Positions 48,645 to 58,968 of a DNA stretch of 64,000 nt are shown here, piece by piece. The DNA is taken from the NCBI GenBank assembly GCA_017484125.1, contig JAFUTV010000002.1, positions 737 through 64,736 on the forward strand, written 5' to 3'. The translations under genes were made by a program, and so were the position numbers. The number at the start of each line of letters is the position of its first letter. Within the stretch, counting starts at the first letter, position 1. The notes beneath the pieces were generated by a model. The model was not told where the DNA came from and made no database searches. It worked only from the letters and a program-made list of their open reading frames with translations. Source of the DNA: Bacilli bacterium (GTDB taxonomy: Bacteria; Bacillota_I; Bacilli_A; RF39; UBA660).

Positions 48645-51149
48645 TCAAATTGACTCTAGTCTTTTTTTACTCTTTAACTTTATAAAAAAATTAATTGGAA
48701 TAACACTAATAGATACTAAAATTACAAATACAAGTTCATTAAATGTTAATCCATATGTTCTAAATAAATCTTTACCATAATATATTAAATATATTTGAAT
48801 TATTAATATAATAGAAAATATCACAATAAATACTTTATTTTTTAAAATATTTGCAAAAATATTAAGTCTTGGTGTTCTAGCATTAAAAGCATTAAATATA
48901 CCCATAAAAATAAATAAAGCAAAGTAAGCAGTCAATATATATTTTTCTTCATTTCTAATTAAAAATCTAAATAATGGTAGTTTTAAAAATAATATACCTA
49001 CTACAGCACTATACATACCCATGAATAATATTTGTTTATACATATATTTGTTAATTATTTTAGTTTTATTAGTCTTTGGTTTTTCTTGCATATATTCTAA
49101 AAGTGGTGCTTCATAAGAGAATGCTACACCTGCTAAAGTATCCATAATCATATTTATCCATAGCATCTGAATTATTGTAACTGGTGTAGCTATGTTAATT
49201 ATTGGTCCAACTATTGCCATAATCATTGCACTTAAATTTACAGTTAATTGAAAAATAATAAACTTTCTTATACTTTTAAATATAGTTCTTCCATAAAGAA
49301 CTGCATTAGTAATAGATTTTATATTATCATCTAATATAACAATATCACTAGCTTCTTTTGCAACTTCAGAACCAGATCCAATAGCAAATCCTACATTAGC
49401 TTTTTTTAATGCAACTGCATCATTTACACCATCTCCACACATACCTACTATTAAATTTTCCTGTTCTAAAATATTAACTAATCTACTTTTATCTTGTGGT
49501 AAAGCTCGAGCTAATACTTTAAGATGTGGATAAATATTTACTATTTCTTCATCACTTAACTTTGAAAACTCACTACTATCTATTGCAATATCTTTGCTAT
49601 CACTAATGATATTTGTTTCCTTTGCTATAGATACTGCAGTATTTAAAGCATCTCCTGTAACCATTATAGTTTGAATTTTAGCTTGATTCATTAAATTTAT
49701 AGCATCCTTAGAACTCTCTCTAATCTTATCTTTTATTAAAATCAAACCAATAAACGTTAAATTATTTATGCTTTTAGTATTAATATAATCTAAAGAAGAA
49801 CATAACATTAATACTCTTACTCCTAATTTGGAATAACTATCTATTTTATCTTCAATTTTATTTTTACTATATAATACTTTTTTATCTCCATTAGCATCTA
49901 AATAATAATTACATTTATCAAGTAACACTTCACTAGCTCCCTTAATATAAGTGATATCATTATCTAATGTAGCTAAAGAATACTTTTTGTTACTATCAAA
50001 TATTTCTTTGTATATAACTTTTCTTGAATTATCAAAATTAGCAAATGATAATAATGCTCTATCAGTAGAATTTCCCCCAATTGCATTTCCATTACTATTT
50101 ATCATTGAAGAATTGTTATATAAAATATTATTATTTACTTCATTTTTTAAATTATTATTTAATTGTTCTAAATTATTATATTCTTTTTCATAAGTAACTA
50201 TTTTATAGACATTAAGTTTTCCTTCAGTTAAAGTACCAGTTTTATCAGTAAGTAATATATTTAGATTACCAGATGTTTCTATTCCTACTAGTTTTCTAAC
50301 TAATACATTATTTTTCATCATTTTTTTCATATTAGAAGAAAGAACTAGTGTTATCATCATAGGAAGTCCTTCTGGAACACTTACTACGACTACAGTTACT
50401 GATAAAGTCAAAGCATACAATATATTACTAAAACTATAATCTTTAGATGTAAACAAATAAACAATAAATACAAATAAAGCACCAATATATCCAAGTATCG
50501 ATATAATCCTAGCTAATTGGGTTAATCGAATTTTTAGAGGGCTTATTGGACTATCTTCTTGAATATCTTTAGCCATCTTTCCAATTATTGTATTATCTCC
50601 GACAGCACTAACCTTCATCTTAGCTTCACCATCAAATACAATTGTTGAAGAATAAATAAAATCATCTTTTATTTTCTTTTTTTCTTTTGCCTCACCGTTT
50701 ATAGTGGATTCATTAACTAATACTTCACCTTGAATTATTATTCCATCAGCAACTATTTTATCACCTGAAGATAAAATAATAATATCATCTTTTACTACAT
50801 CAACACTATCAATTTCTCTTATTTGATTTTCTCTAATAACCTTTACTTTTATATTAGAAGTTGTATTTTCTAAATTTTCAAATGCACTATCACTTCCATA
50901 TTCAGATATAGCTGATATTATTGAAGAACTTAAAATGGCAACTAATATACCTATAGTTTCAAACCAATCAAAATCTCTAAATAAAAATATTATCTTAATT
51001 ATTAAAACAATTAATAATATCTTTATTATAGGATCTGATAATGTTTCTAGAACTAGTTTAAAAAAAGATTTTCTTTTTAATTTAGTATATGTATTACTTC
51101 CATATTTTTTTCTATTACTTTGTACTTCTATATCTGTTAGTCCAATCAT
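48645..51149 (-). CDS. Calcium-translocating P-type ATPase
   Basis: VPEGLP, DKTGTLT, KGASE, TGD, GDGVND. Confidence 0.95.
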   Translation of the reverse strand: MIGLTDIEVQSNRKKYGSNTYTKLKRKSFFKLVLETLSDPIIKILLIVLIIKIIFLFRDFDWFETIGILVAILSSSIISAISEYGSDSAFENLENTTSNIKVKVIRENQIREIDSVDVVKDDIIILSSGDKIVADGIIIQGEVLVNESTINGEAKEKKKIKDDFIYSSTIVFDGEAKMKVSAVGDNTIIGKMAKDIQEDSPISPLKIRLTQLARIISILGYIGALFVFIVYLFTSKDYSFSNILYALTLSVTVVVVSVPEGLPMMITLVLSSNMKKMMKNNVLVRKLVGIETSGNLNILLTDKTGTLTEGKLNVYKIVTYEKEYNNLEQLNNNLKNEVNNNILYNNSSMINSNGNAIGGNSTDRALLSFANFDNSRKVIYKEIFDSNKKYSLATLDNDITYIKGASEVLLDKCNYYLDANGDKKVLYSKNKIEDKIDSYSKLGVRVLMLCSSLDYINTKSINNLTFIGLILIKDKIRESSKDAINLMNQAKIQTIMVTGDALNTAVSIAKETNIISDSKDIAIDSSEFSKLSDEEIVNIYPHLKVLARALPQDKSRLVNILEQENLIVGMCGDGVNDAVALKKANVGFAIGSGSEVAKEASDIVILDDNIKSITNAVLYGRTIFKSIRKFIIFQLTVNLSAMIMAIVGPIINIATPVTIIQMLWINMIMDTLAGVAFSYEAPLLEYMQEKPKTNKTKIINKYMYKQILFMGMYSAVVGILFLKLPLFRFLIRNEEKYILTAYFALFIFMGIFNAFNARTPRLNIFANILKNKVFIVIFSIILIIQIYLIYYGKDLFRTYGLTFNELVFVILVSISVIPINFFIKLKSKKRLESI

Positions 51150-51204
51150 AAAAACACCCATTCAATTATATGAATGAGTGTTTCAAAAATTGCATTATAT
51201 TTTA

Positions 51205-53538
51205 TTATTCACTTCTAAGTGATGCAACTGGATCTTGTTTTGAAGCAACATGAGCAGGAATAGACCCACCAATTAGTGTTAATACAACACTTATTATTAT
51301 TAATATAGTAGCATGAATAGGATTTAGGGTTGCAACATTATCTAATGTAGTAATATTTTTTATTAATAAATTAATTGGTATTGTTAGTAAGTTAGCTATT
51401 AATATACCTAATACCCCAGATGTTACACCAATAATAGTTGTTTCTGCATTAAATACACGTTTAATATCTTTCTTTCTTGCACCAAGACTTCTTAATATAC
51501 CTATTTCTTTAGTTCTTTCTAATACACTAATATAAGTAATTATACCAAGCATTATTGAAGATACTATTAATGATATTGAAGAAAAAGCAATTAACACAGA
51601 AGTAATACCACCCATTATAGATCCTGTCATATTATTAACTAGTTCTGCTTGATTAATAAAATCTATTTTATCCTTTTCATCTTTGTTTTCATTATATTTA
51701 TTTAAATAATCTACAATATTATCAGTTGAATCAAAATCCTTAGGATAGATATACATGAATCCAGGTGTTTCAAGAGCACCAATATTCATTAAATTGATAT
51801 GTTTATAATACTTTCCTAAATCAGATTCCATATCATATTCCATTCCTGTAAATACATCAAAATCTACTTCTCTTTGTGTTTTAGCCACTAATGAATTATA
51901 ATTAATATCCTTTATTTTACTATCTAATTCTTCTAAATAATAAAATGATCTATTACTATCTGAAATACCAATAGTTGAATATTTATCTTCTTTTATACGA
52001 ACAATTCCAACTACTTTTAGTGTTATATTATCATCTAAATTATACATACTATCGTTTATTTCTTTTGGAATAAAATAATTTCCAATATTTAGATAGTAAT
52101 TATCATTACTTACTACTTTCATTGTACAAGATAATATGTCATCAAAACTATATTCATTACCTTTAAGTCCTAATGATTTTACAAAATCTTTTGATAAGGA
52201 ATTGTCTTTGCCTACTTCTACTACAATTTCATCATACTTTTCTGGTCTTCTTCCAGCAAGTAAATCATAATATTTATCTATTATGCTTGATTTGTTATCG
52301 CCATATACATTAGGAATAGACATAGAGTTAACATTAAGGTTATTAATAGCAACATATTTATCTTCAGTTTTTTGAATAATATTATATTTCATTGCAGATG
52401 CTTTAATAATTCCTGAAACATATTCTTTAGGAATATTATCAACATAATCAACGAAATCTTTAGTTATTGGATTAATAGATGTACCGAATGTTTGTTCTTC
52501 TTTTTCTTCTTTTTTAACAGTTTTACTATCTGTAAAATCGTCTTCAGTTTTTTCTGAAGACATACCAGTTTCAGAAGAAATAATACTTGACATATTTTCT
52601 GCAGATAAATTCATTTTAGTTGCTGAAATAACTACAGGCATTGCATCACTTACTTGATGTTCAAATTCATTTATTTTATTTTGAAATCCATTAGATAAAG
52701 CAAGAATTAAAGCAATTCCAATTATACCAATTGATGATGCAAAAGCAGTTAATATTGTTCTTCCTTTTTTAGTTCTAATATTATTAAGTGATAAATGAAG
52801 TGCAGTAAAAAATGACATTTTTGTTTTATTTAGCTTGTAATCATCTTTACCTACATTTTCCTCAACTGGATTTGAATCATTTATAATTTTTCCATCTTTC
52901 ATCTCTATTATTCTATCTGCATAATCATTGGCTAGTTCAGGATTATGAGTTACCATAATTACTAATTTATCTTTTGCAATTGATTCTATTAAATTCATTA
53001 TTTGTTTTGATGTTTTAGTATCAAGTGCTCCTGTTGGTTCATCAGCTAAAATTATTTCAGGATCATTAGCTAAAGCTCTTGCTATTGCAACTCTTTGCAT
53101 TTGCCCACCAGATAACTGATTTGGTTTTTTATGAGCATGTTCTTCTAAGCCAACCTTTTTAAGTAGTTCTTTTGCTTTTTTTCTTCTTACTTTTGAGCTT
53201 TTACCAGACAAAGTCATACCCATTTCAATATTATCTATTAATGAAATATGACTAATCAAATTATAGCTTTGAAAAATAAAACCTACTGATTTATTTCTAT
53301 AAGCATCCCAATCTTTATCTTTAAATTTCTTAGTTGATTTACCTTTGATTATTAAATCTCCTTCATCGTATCTATCAAGCCCACCAATAATATTAAGTAA
53401 TGTGGTTTTACCTGATCCTGATGGTCCTAAAATAGCTACAAATTCATTTTTTCTAAACCTTAAATCAATATCGTTTAATGCATGTTGAATAAATGTTCCT
53501 GTTTTATAACTTTTTTTAATATTTTTTAATTCTAACAT
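51205..53538 (-). CDS. Fused ABC ATPase/FtsX-type permease (MacB-like)
   Basis: GPSGSGKT, LSGGQ, ADEPTG; ERTKEIGILRSLGA. Confidence 0.93.
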   Translation of the reverse strand: MLELKNIKKSYKTGTFIQHALNDIDLRFRKNEFVAILGPSGSGKTTLLNIIGGLDRYDEGDLIIKGKSTKKFKDKDWDAYRNKSVGFIFQSYNLISHISLIDNIEMGMTLSGKSSKVRRKKAKELLKKVGLEEHAHKKPNQLSGGQMQRVAIARALANDPEIILADEPTGALDTKTSKQIMNLIESIAKDKLVIMVTHNPELANDYADRIIEMKDGKIINDSNPVEENVGKDDYKLNKTKMSFFTALHLSLNNIRTKKGRTILTAFASSIGIIGIALILALSNGFQNKINEFEHQVSDAMPVVISATKMNLSAENMSSIISSETGMSSEKTEDDFTDSKTVKKEEKEEQTFGTSINPITKDFVDYVDNIPKEYVSGIIKASAMKYNIIQKTEDKYVAINNLNVNSMSIPNVYGDNKSSIIDKYYDLLAGRRPEKYDEIVVEVGKDNSLSKDFVKSLGLKGNEYSFDDILSCTMKVVSNDNYYLNIGNYFIPKEINDSMYNLDDNITLKVVGIVRIKEDKYSTIGISDSNRSFYYLEELDSKIKDINYNSLVAKTQREVDFDVFTGMEYDMESDLGKYYKHINLMNIGALETPGFMYIYPKDFDSTDNIVDYLNKYNENKDEKDKIDFINQAELVNNMTGSIMGGITSVLIAFSSISLIVSSIMLGIITYISVLERTKEIGILRSLGARKKDIKRVFNAETTIIGVTSGVLGILIANLLTIPINLLIKNITTLDNVATLNPIHATILIIISVVLTLIGGSIPAHVASKQDPVASLRSE

Positions 53539-53817
53539 ATTATCACCTCTTACAATTATATTTTCTTTTCTTAAAAAGTTCAATTAATATTAATAAATTA
53601 ATATCAAATAAAACATATCAACAACACTTATAACATAGAAAAATTCAAAAGTAAACAATTACTTTTTTTATGATATTATTTAAAATTAAATTATTTTTAA
53701 AAAAAGATGCTATTTTTTAATAATTGATTATATAACATAAAAATTTGTAAATAATATTTTTAAAATTTTAATTATTGATTATATAAAAAAGTGCTATTTT
53801 TTACATGCACTTTACTA

Positions 53818-54441
53818 TCAAAGATTATTAATTTTTTCTAAAGATTTTAGTGTAGTACCGTCAAAATATAATTCATATACATCACCTGGATTAATATTTG
53901 TATCACATACAACTTTATCTTTATAAGTTAATATAATATCATTATCACAGTTATATCCAAGTTCACACCAATTTAATAATAATGATATTAATACTACTTC
54001 ATGACTTACTATTACTACTTTAGTATAATCTTGTTTTAAAATATTCTTTAATTCTAGGCTTGCTCTTTTTTTTATATCATTAATAGATTCTCCTAGTCTT
54101 AATTTATAATCAAAATTATGATAAGTCTTATAATCAAATAAGTCCATATCTACATCGTCAGTTGCACCAAGTCTTCGATCATTAAAATTAAACGAAACAT
54201 TAATCTTTATATTATTTTCTTTAGCAATATATTTAGCAGTTGATAATGTTGAAATATAATTAGATGAATAAATACTATCAACATTTTTAAATAGCGAATA
54301 TTTTGATAGTTCTCTAGCATGGTTTTCACCTGTGACTGATAGTATTTCTTTTTCTCTTAATAATTCATCACTATCTTTTTTATTTAAAAAATTATAAGCA
54401 TTTGATAATGTTTCTAAATTTCTTACTAAATAAATTTTCAT
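53818..54441 (-). CDS. Histidine phosphatase (phosphoglycerate mutase-like) family, catalytic His replaced
   Basis: IYLVRNLE instead of RHGE; IYSS, GES, VSH retained. Confidence 0.75.
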   Translation of the reverse strand: MKIYLVRNLETLSNAYNFLNKKDSDELLREKEILSVTGENHARELSKYSLFKNVDSIYSSNYISTLSTAKYIAKENNIKINVSFNFNDRRLGATDDVDMDLFDYKTYHNFDYKLRLGESINDIKKRASLELKNILKQDYTKVVIVSHEVVLISLLLNWCELGYNCDNDIILTYKDKVVCDTNINPGDVYELYFDGTTLKSLEKINNL

Positions 54442-54908
54442 CCTAATATACCCTTAAATAATCCTAAAGAAAGTAGTCCCATAATTACACCAGCCAAAAG
54501 TACTCCTCCAAAAATGGAAACTACACTCTTTTTAAAATCCATATCTAATATTGAAGCTGCAAGTGAACCAGTTATAGCACCAGTTCCAGGTAGTGGTATT
54601 CCAACAAATAACATTAGTGCTATATAAAGGCCATGTCCTGCTTTTTTTTCTAGTTTTCTTCCACCTTTTTCTCCTTTTACTAAACAAAACCTACAAAATT
54701 TACCAATTAACTTTTTATCCTTTCCCCACTCAAATATTTTTCTAGCAAATAAATAAATAAAAGGAACAGGTACCATATTACCAATAATTGCAATAATAAA
54801 TGATTGTACTAATGGTAAATTAAAACCTACTGCATAAGGAATAGCTCCCCTTAACTCTATCAAAGGTACCATTGATACAAAAAAAACTATTAAATATTTC
54901 TTAAACAT
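54438..54908 (-). CDS. Small multidrug export family membrane protein (COG2426-like)
   Basis: SMVPLIELRGAIP, FVGIPLPGTGA.TG. Confidence 0.88.
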   Translation of the reverse strand: MFKKYLIVFFVSMVPLIELRGAIPYAVGFNLPLVQSFIIAIIGNMVPVPFIYLFARKIFEWGKDKKLIGKFCRFCLVKGEKGGRKLEKKAGHGLYIALMLFVGIPLPGTGAITGSLAASILDMDFKKSVVSIFGGVLLAGVIMGLLSLGLFKGILG

Positions 54909-54962
54909 CTATAATCACCTTAAATAATTATATAAAAAAAAATTAAGAAAGTAAAATTTTTC

Positions 54963-56411
54963 TTAATTATTTTTCTTTAAAACTAGTTCGTGTTTTAATT
55001 CTTTACGTCCCCCAATTGGGAATCTAATTTTTTCTTTATTTGGCATAATTATGTGTGCATGTAATCTTTTTAAAGATGCACCAGATAGTGCTGGATCTCC
55101 ATATCTAAAGCAAAAAGCACCACCAGGTAAATTATATTCATCTCTAATATTTATCCAAATGCTCTTTAATTCCTCCCACATTTCTTTGCTCATATCATCT
55201 ATAGAGTAGATAGGATATTTAGAAACAATTAAATACTGTTCTCCAGCATCTTGATGTGGAAATCTGTTTTTAGAAATGAACCAATAATTTGTTGTATATA
55301 AAATTTCTTGATCTATTACTTGTGGATCCAAAGGATCTTGATCACTATATTCTTTTTCCATCATTATATCAAGTTGTTCTTGTTTTCTAGCATTAGGTGG
55401 ATAAATATACTTATAATCATAATAATTAATATCATCATTTATTTCTTCTTTTTCTATTATTTTATCATCTAATAATTTAATAGTTTCTATATTATTTTTT
55501 TCAGCTAATTCATGAGATCTTTTAGACCAATTACGATCAGGATGATCTTCCAAATAATATATTTTTTTAACACCTTTTTGAATTAATACTTTCATACACT
55601 TATCGCAAGGAAATAATGTAGAATAAACAGGTGTATCTAAAACTTCAACATTCCCTAGCTTTTTTAGCAAATTAATCTCGGCATGTTCAACAGTTGCATA
55701 ATAAAGTTCACTTCTATTGACTACATCAATTTTAGGTATATTAAAATTAGAATGATTTGTCCCATAGTGCCATTCATTATTATAGTAACATGTCGCAGCA
55801 ACTGGTGTAATCCAATCAGTGGATTCTTTCATATGTTCAATAAGATTAGGTATAGGTTCCTTTAAAGAATCATCATAACCTATTCTTTCTTTAAATTCTT
55901 CGATAGCACTATTAACTTTTTCATCTAAATTTTCAATTCTATTTCTTTGTTCTGCTATTGTTATTTTTCTTATTTTATCAGACGTTGAACTTTCTGATTG
56001 TCTAGGAAGAATGGCTACATTACCACAATACTCTTCTAATTTTTTTATTTGTTCTTCATTATAATTTTCTTTTATAGCAACCAAAACATCAGGTCTTACT
56101 TCTTTAATTAGTCCCCATTTAACTTCATTAGCATCTTTAATAACAACATCATCAGCAATACCTAATAATTTTATAAAATCATATCTTTCTTCTTCAGGAA
56201 TTATAGGTCTTCCATTACCCTTTCTTTTTCTAATCTTCTCATCACTATCCATTGCAACAATTAAATAATCGCATAATTCTCTTGCCTTTTTTATATATCT
56301 TAAATGTCCTAAATGAAATAAGTCCCATGATCCTTGAACTAAACCTATTTTTTTAAAACTTTGTCTTGCTTTTTCTAATTCTATTATATCTAATTTTCCA
56401 TCATCTAACAT
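54963..56411 (-). CDS. Three-domain fusion: HIGH-type cytidylyl/adenylyltransferase, Zn-dependent dCMP/cytidine deaminase, HIT-like hydrolase
   Basis: QGSWDLFHLGH..DSD..RKG..RP..ER..STS; HAE and PCDKC; W..SKNRFP..RYG.P..SG.S..RLHAHI. Confidence 0.85.
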   Translation of the reverse strand: MLDDGKLDIIELEKARQSFKKIGLVQGSWDLFHLGHLRYIKKARELCDYLIVAMDSDEKIRKRKGNGRPIIPEEERYDFIKLLGIADDVVIKDANEVKWGLIKEVRPDVLVAIKENYNEEQIKKLEEYCGNVAILPRQSESSTSDKIRKITIAEQRNRIENLDEKVNSAIEEFKERIGYDDSLKEPIPNLIEHMKESTDWITPVAATCYYNNEWHYGTNHSNFNIPKIDVVNRSELYYATVEHAEINLLKKLGNVEVLDTPVYSTLFPCDKCMKVLIQKGVKKIYYLEDHPDRNWSKRSHELAEKNNIETIKLLDDKIIEKEEINDDINYYDYKYIYPPNARKQEQLDIMMEKEYSDQDPLDPQVIDQEILYTTNYWFISKNRFPHQDAGEQYLIVSKYPIYSIDDMSKEMWEELKSIWINIRDEYNLPGGAFCFRYGDPALSGASLKRLHAHIIMPNKEKIRFPIGGRKELKHELVLKKNN

Positions 56412-56413
56412 AC

Positions 56414-57325
56414 TTAAACACCTACTGGAATCTTTAATATTTTTTCTTTTGGATGATAATCAGATAGTTCAAAATCATCTTTCCTATAATCAAAAATACT
56501 ATCGTGTTCATTTATTATATTTAATGTAGGTAGTGGTTCTGGATCCCTATTTAACATTTCTTCAGCATATTCAAAAGTATTATTATATATATGAGCATTA
56601 CTTATTTGATGGCAAAAAACACCTGGTTCTAGATTATGTGTTTTAGCCATCGCTAATAATAGTGCCGTATATTGGGTTAAATTACTTGGAAGCCCTAAAA
56701 TAACATCACAACTTCTTTGCCACATAGTCATATCAAGTCTTCCATTAATAATATTAAAATGTATCCATCCATGGCAAGGACAAACAACAACTTTTTGTTT
56801 GTTATTTGAATTTCTAATTGTATAATATGGTATCCAAGGTGATATTAAATGAGTTTTAAGTTCTGGTCTTTCTCTCATTTGTAAATCTATCTCTTTAAAT
56901 TGATTAAACATTTGTCCATCTGCAGTAGGAAAATCATGAAAAGCTGAACCATATGAACCTGGCCCTAAATCACCAGTTTCTAGTCCTCTTTTTTGACACT
57001 TTTCTTCAGTTACCCATGGTGACCAAAACTTGCATCCGAATTCTCTTAACCCCTCATTTGTATGAACACCATTAATGAAAGCAAATAATTCACCAATAGC
57101 ACTTTTATAAAACCCCGAAATATCTCTTTCGGTAATAACTGGAGCACCATCTTTTAATATATTATACTTTCTTTGTATTCCATGTATTTCCCTAGTATAG
57201 AGTGGTTCTCCAGTATTTCCATCTAACATAGGGCTAGGATTATCTTCTCCATATTTCATTATTTCCTCAAGCAAAGATTTATATTGATATAATTTTTGCC
57301 TTTCATCATATTTACTATAATTCAT
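56414..57325 (-). CDS. thyA: Thymidylate synthase, divergent type
   Basis: PCH catalytic Cys, QRSCD..GLPSN..Y, AHIY, P.PLP.L, DF.L.DY.P..IPV; GGAGG RBS before ATG 57325. Confidence 0.92.
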   Translation of the reverse strand: MNYSKYDERQKLYQYKSLLEEIMKYGEDNPSPMLDGNTGEPLYTREIHGIQRKYNILKDGAPVITERDISGFYKSAIGELFAFINGVHTNEGLREFGCKFWSPWVTEEKCQKRGLETGDLGPGSYGSAFHDFPTADGQMFNQFKEIDLQMRERPELKTHLISPWIPYYTIRNSNNKQKVVVCPCHGWIHFNIINGRLDMTMWQRSCDVILGLPSNLTQYTALLLAMAKTHNLEPGVFCHQISNAHIYNNTFEYAEEMLNRDPEPLPTLNIINEHDSIFDYRKDDFELSDYHPKEKILKIPVGV

Positions 57326-57409
57326 AATCAAAACCTCCCTATAGTTCTTTAAATTATATTTTAACATATATATACTTTAGATAACAATGCACTTTACAAA
57401 TATTTAACA

Positions 57410-58882
57410 TCACTTTATGACTTCATTTAATTTTTGCCAAATTTTAACCATTGCATATGTGTCTAGCTCACAATATTTTAATAAAGACTCCCTAACTCTT
57501 TTCTTATCTTCTTCATTTAAGCTATCAATACTTGAAAAAAACGATGATGCTTCATCTCCCTTATGAACCATATCTAAATTATGATAATCTAATGTAGGAT
57601 CATTTGGAAATAAAGCAGGTAAAACATATTTTATAGAATAAGAGCCATCCATTTTCATAGTATAATAATCCCTATTTTTAAATGGAATTATTAAATCTTT
57701 TATATTATCTTTTATATTTAATAAATGATCTCTTAAATCAGGATAAATCATAGCAAGTTTTTCAATAACATTTTTTTCAAAACTCATATTATAAGCTAAT
57801 ACGCATACATCCCTTGGAATATCTAAAACTAATCTTTCCGCTAAAGCTCTTCTTGGATCTTCATTAGATGATTTTGCTAAAAACTCTTTATGATTAATAA
57901 TATCATTTTCTTTCTTTATATAATGGAGTGAATATTGAAATGGAATTTGCATATAAGGATTTACTCCATCAAATTTAGGTATACTTTGTTGATATGTTTC
58001 AAAATCTAAAAAGTATAATGGATAAGATAAAGTATCTAAAAATTTTTTAATATTCTTTTTATTAATATAGTCATCTTTTTTATATAAATTATATTCTATT
58101 TGTTGTTTATATTTTTCATTAATATTTTCATTTATTAAAGATTCATATGTGTATTTACCTTGACTATAATACTTTAACTTACTTTTTAAGGGCATACTTG
58201 CTATATCAAAAACATTTGGACTCTTTAGTTTTCTTGAACAATATTTATAGAAAGGACAAGGATAAGGACTAAAACAATTTTCTGAAATATCCTTATCTTT
58301 TTCTATAGTATTATTCATATAATTCTCTATACTTTTTATTTTATTTTCTACACTTAATAATTTTGATTTAGCAATATCTGTCACATCTTTTATATTAAAT
58401 AATTTATGTATATCTAATGCACCATTTCTTATATATTTATTATTTATATAAACTATTGAACACTTAGTGACATTTAAATTAAGCTTTGTAAGAACATAAT
58501 ATTGATATGATACATCCTCTAGATAAATATCACTAACATGAGTTGAACTTTTTACTTCATATATTTCATATTCATCATTATTTTTAATTAAAATATCTAC
58601 ACTACAAAAATTATTATTATAAGATAAAGAAGCCTCACATAATACTATTTTATCGCTTTTTAAATAATTATTAGTATCTTCAATCATTTGAGATAAATCT
58701 TCATTAAATTCAACTACTTTATGAGGTCCAAACAAATCTTGTGCTAGTATTCCAACTTCCGTTCCATTGTCAAATACATTATCATTATTTATATCTTCAC
58801 TTTTTTCAGGCATATTTTTTTCAAGCCATAACATCTTTTCACATTGAAATCCTTTACAGTATTTAGATTTAGATAAATACAT
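57410..58882 (-). CDS. DUF2779 protein: PD-(D/E)xK nuclease-like domain plus DEDD/RNase H-like domain
   Basis: LSKSKY..QC.K.LWL, VDIL..EVKSST, C..P.PCPF..YC, LDFET, YNMSFE, YSIK.VLP, YCELDT. Confidence 0.85.
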   Translation of the reverse strand: MYLSKSKYCKGFQCEKMLWLEKNMPEKSEDINNDNVFDNGTEVGILAQDLFGPHKVVEFNEDLSQMIEDTNNYLKSDKIVLCEASLSYNNNFCSVDILIKNNDEYEIYEVKSSTHVSDIYLEDVSYQYYVLTKLNLNVTKCSIVYINNKYIRNGALDIHKLFNIKDVTDIAKSKLLSVENKIKSIENYMNNTIEKDKDISENCFSPYPCPFYKYCSRKLKSPNVFDIASMPLKSKLKYYSQGKYTYESLINENINEKYKQQIEYNLYKKDDYINKKNIKKFLDTLSYPLYFLDFETYQQSIPKFDGVNPYMQIPFQYSLHYIKKENDIINHKEFLAKSSNEDPRRALAERLVLDIPRDVCVLAYNMSFEKNVIEKLAMIYPDLRDHLLNIKDNIKDLIIPFKNRDYYTMKMDGSYSIKYVLPALFPNDPTLDYHNLDMVHKGDEASSFFSSIDSLNEEDKKRVRESLLKYCELDTYAMVKIWQKLNEVIK

Positions 58883-58968
58883 ACTAATCACCTTGTTATA
58901 ATTTTATCACAAACTTGACTATTTTTATTAAATATATTAAAATAATTGTCTATTAAAGAGGGGATTTT

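Noticed and set aside
53699-53803. Imperfect repeat AAAAAAG(A)TGCTATTTTTTA upstream of the ABC gene
   Set aside because: Only two low-complexity copies, one overlapping a probable terminator; not enough for a regulatory call.
56414-57325. Phage-type dCMP hydroxymethylase
   Set aside because: The specificity residue is Asn (GLPSN), as in dUMP-using ThyA, not Asp.
57410-58882. Cas4 / CRISPR-Cas locus
   Set aside because: No cas1/cas2 and no repeat-spacer array seen; the architecture fits DUF2779.
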